Shown: in pieces, positions 61,244 through 64,000 of the stretch
How the letters are laid out: each line of letters starts with the position of its first letter
Position numbering within the stretch: the stretch's first letter is position 1
NCBI GenBank assembly: GCA_028689545.1
Contig: JAQVCX010000007.1
Span: 881-64,880 of the forward strand
Direction: 5' to 3'
DNA from: Parabacteroides sp.
GTDB lineage: Bacteria; Bacteroidota; Bacteroidia; Bacteroidales; Tannerellaceae
Length of the DNA stretch: 64,000 nt
Translations under genes and position numbers: made by a program
Notes under the pieces: model-generated
The model's input: only the letters and a program-made list of their open reading frames with translations
Told to the model about the DNA's origin: nothing
The model's database searches: none

Positions 61244-61978
61244 TTATAAAGTGTGCACCCATTCCTCGGCCAGTGCCAGTGTCTCCGGTTTGCCGATATC
61301 CAATAGCTTTAGGTTATCTGCCATATAAGCCCGGATATCGGTCTTGGCGCAAATGGCCAGGTAGAAGTTGATGATAGAGAACTTTCCGGTCCATTCTTCC
61401 ATCAACTCCAATATTCTGGGCGAGAGCACGTGGATTCCGCTAAAGGCGTACTCGTTGTATTGGTCCGGGTCGAAATAGGGATAATACGATTTCACCTCGC
61501 CGGTCTCATGATTTCGCCAACCGCACAGTCTGTTCTCCTTATCAAATAATAGATAACGCGAGGTGTTACGCTGGCTGACGAGCAGGGTAGCCAACGGGTT
61601 CGTTTGTACATGGGTATCGTATAGTTTCTTCAGGTCCACGTTCGATAAGATATCGACATTATGGATCAAGAAAGGTTCGTCTCCGCATAATAGAGAAGAG
61701 GCCTTCTTGATTCCTCCTCCCGTATCCAGCAGATAGTCGCTCTCGTCCGAGATCTCGATCTGGACACCGAAGTGGTTGTTCGCCTCCAGAAAATCCACGA
61801 TCTGGTTGCTTAAATGATGGATATTGATCACGATCTGGTCGAAACCGGCGGATTTCAGTTTCAGTATGACGTGTTCTAGCATCGGTTTACCCCCGATAGG
61901 TATAAGCGCTTTTGGCGTGTGATCGGTTAACGGCTTCAGTCTGGATCCAGTACCGGCCGCGAAAATCATAGCTTTCAT
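61244..61978 (-). CDS. Sugar-1-phosphate nucleotidyltransferase (MurU-like)
   Basis: 'MKAMIFAAGTGSRLKPLTDHTPKALI', 'LDTGGGI', 'HNVD', 'DIGKPE'; ATGA overlap with the upstream kinase gene. Confidence 0.85.
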   Translation of the reverse strand: MKAMIFAAGTGSRLKPLTDHTPKALIPIGGKPMLEHVILKLKSAGFDQIVINIHHLSNQIVDFLEANNHFGVQIEISDESDYLLDTGGGIKKASSLLCGDEPFLIHNVDILSNVDLKKLYDTHVQTNPLATLLVSQRNTSRYLLFDKENRLCGWRNHETGEVKSYYPYFDPDQYNEYAFSGIHVLSPRILELMEEWTGKFSIINFYLAICAKTDIRAYMADNLKLLDIGKPETLALAEEWVHTL

Positions 61979-63405
61979 AATGTAGGGTTAAAGAGTTGTT
62001 CTATATTTTGTTCTCTATGTACTAAGTGCACTTTTACTCCGAATTTGGTGTTCAGATGTTCCGCTAGATGCTGCGCGGAGTAGACCGAACGGTGCTGCCC
62101 TCCCGTACATCCGAAACAAATCATCAAATTGGTGAATCCTCGATCCATATATCGTTTTACCGAGGCGTCTACGATATGATAGACATGCTCAAGGAAGTTC
62201 GTGATCTCCCCGTCATCCTCCAAGAACTGGATGACCGGCTCATCCAAACCGGTGAAATGATTGTAACGCTCGTATTTACCGGGATTGTTTATCGCGCGGC
62301 AATCGAATACGAATCCGCCTCCGTTTCCGCTGGGATCGTTCGGGATTCCTTTTTTGTAGGCGAAGCTCATGACCTTTACTTCCAGCATATGTTTCTGGAT
62401 ATCGTCCGTGAATTGTTTCAGCCCGGTCAGCTCGCGAAGTACGGAGCATAGATAGGGGTATTCCGGATAGTCATTCTTCAATAACTGCCGCAGGTTCTCT
62501 ATCGCGAACGGGACGCTTTGGATGAAGTGGGGTTTTTTCTCGAAATATCCCCGGAAACCATAAGCCCCCAATACCTGCAAGGTCCTAAACAGGACGAAAT
62601 GGCGCAGTTGGCTATGGAAATAGGCCTCGTCTACCGGGATATACTTACGTAGGGCCGTGATATAATCCGATAGTAACTCGTTTCGCAAGTCCTCCGGATA
62701 TTTCGCTTTCGCCTGCCAAAGGAAGGAAGCCACGTCGTAGTAGACCGGCCCTTTCCGTCCTCCCTGGAAATCGATAAACCAAGGCTCCCCGTCCTTTATC
62801 ATAACGTTTCTCGACTGGAAATCGCGGTACAGGAACGTGGCGGAAGAGCTACGCAACAATACGTCGCTCATCTTCAAGAAATCATCCTCCAGGCGGTTTT
62901 CCTGAAACTCCATCCCGGTAGCCTTCAGGAAACAGTACTTGAAATAATTCAAGTCCCAAAGGATAGACCGTTGGTTGAACTCGGCTTGCGGATGGCAATA
63001 CGAGAAATCGAAACCGTCGGATCCCAAGAACTGGATGTCGGGGAGCCGGGTGATCGTCTTGTGTAACAAACGGCGTTCCTCCTCGTCGAATACGCTGCTT
63101 CTACGGCCTTTCTCGATGGCGTCGAAAAGAAGCGTATCTCCTAAATCCTCTTGGATATAAAAAGAATGGTCGTTCGAGCTGGCATACACCTGCGGTACGG
63201 GCAAGCCTTTCTCCCGGAAATGTTTTGACATATAGATAAAAGCCTCGTTCTCCTCGGTAGAAGTGCCACTCACTCCAATCAATGTCTCCGGGCCTTTTAT
63301 CCTGAAATACCGGCGGTTAGAGCCGGACGAAGGTAGCTCCGTTATTTCCTCTGCCGGTGATTCGGTGTATGATTGGTATAGCCTCCTTAGTTCTTCTGTT
63401 ATCAT
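61975..63405 (-). CDS. APH-family (AmgK-like) sugar kinase fused to a RapZ C-terminal domain
   Basis: 'GSNRRYFR', 'EDLGD', 'YRDFQSRN', 'IDFQG'; C-terminal 'SFAYKKGIP...FVFDCR...NPG...FGCTGGQHRSV'. Confidence 0.85.
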   Translation of the reverse strand: MITEELRRLYQSYTESPAEEITELPSSGSNRRYFRIKGPETLIGVSGTSTEENEAFIYMSKHFREKGLPVPQVYASSNDHSFYIQEDLGDTLLFDAIEKGRRSSVFDEEERRLLHKTITRLPDIQFLGSDGFDFSYCHPQAEFNQRSILWDLNYFKYCFLKATGMEFQENRLEDDFLKMSDVLLRSSSATFLYRDFQSRNVMIKDGEPWFIDFQGGRKGPVYYDVASFLWQAKAKYPEDLRNELLSDYITALRKYIPVDEAYFHSQLRHFVLFRTLQVLGAYGFRGYFEKKPHFIQSVPFAIENLRQLLKNDYPEYPYLCSVLRELTGLKQFTDDIQKHMLEVKVMSFAYKKGIPNDPSGNGGGFVFDCRAINNPGKYERYNHFTGLDEPVIQFLEDDGEITNFLEHVYHIVDASVKRYMDRGFTNLMICFGCTGGQHRSVYSAQHLAEHLNTKFGVKVHLVHREQNIEQLFNPTL

Positions 63406-63436
63406 ATTTCTTGATTTACGGCACTAAGATACGAAT

Positions 63437-63578
63437 AAGTTGACAGTTGACAAATGAGAGTTGATAGTTTAATTGTGCCGGTAAGCAAAAAGAGGCATAA
63501 CTCTTTATCGAATTATACCTCCTTTTTATGTGATCATTAATCTTTCTTCCTAACTGTCACCTGTCATCTGTCAACTTA
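63437..63578. repeat. Inverted heptamer arms (TTGACAG / CTGTCAA) enclosing a terminator
   Basis: Arms at 63439-63467 and 63552-63576; terminator-like hairpin at 63487-63527 between them. Confidence 0.8.

Positions 63579-64000
<422 letters not shown>

Overview
Core-chromosome window of a gut Bacteroidales species, most consistent with Parabacteroides (distasonis-like). The genus call rests on gene content, synteny and TAnnTTTG promoters and was not checked against a database. Housekeeping genes dominate: queA, hemW, EF-G2, metY, type III glnA, membrane PPase, prs, mnmA, purA, hisS, groES/EL, valS, ruvC, two gdh paralogs and three tRNAs (Leu-CAG, Thr-CGT, Ala-GGC). I see no CRISPR array, rRNA, prophage or intact transposase. 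Small accessory units sit at gene junctions: five two-gene toxin-antitoxin-like cassettes, a C10 protease-lipoprotein pair, and a 487-bp internally deleted ISL3-like element with an 8-bp target duplication. Many intergenic gaps hold palindromic repeat arrays with 7, 9, 21-23 and 42 bp periods. Best candidates for undescribed biology: (1) a receiver-receiver/ATP-grasp/phospho-His protein divergent from gdhA, possibly a non-canonical His-Asp phosphorelay; (2) a 59-aa ORF plus DUF5053-like cassette between two tRNAs whose 5' leader can pair with two downstream sites. Both mechanisms are inference. All protein assignments come from motif recognition by eye.
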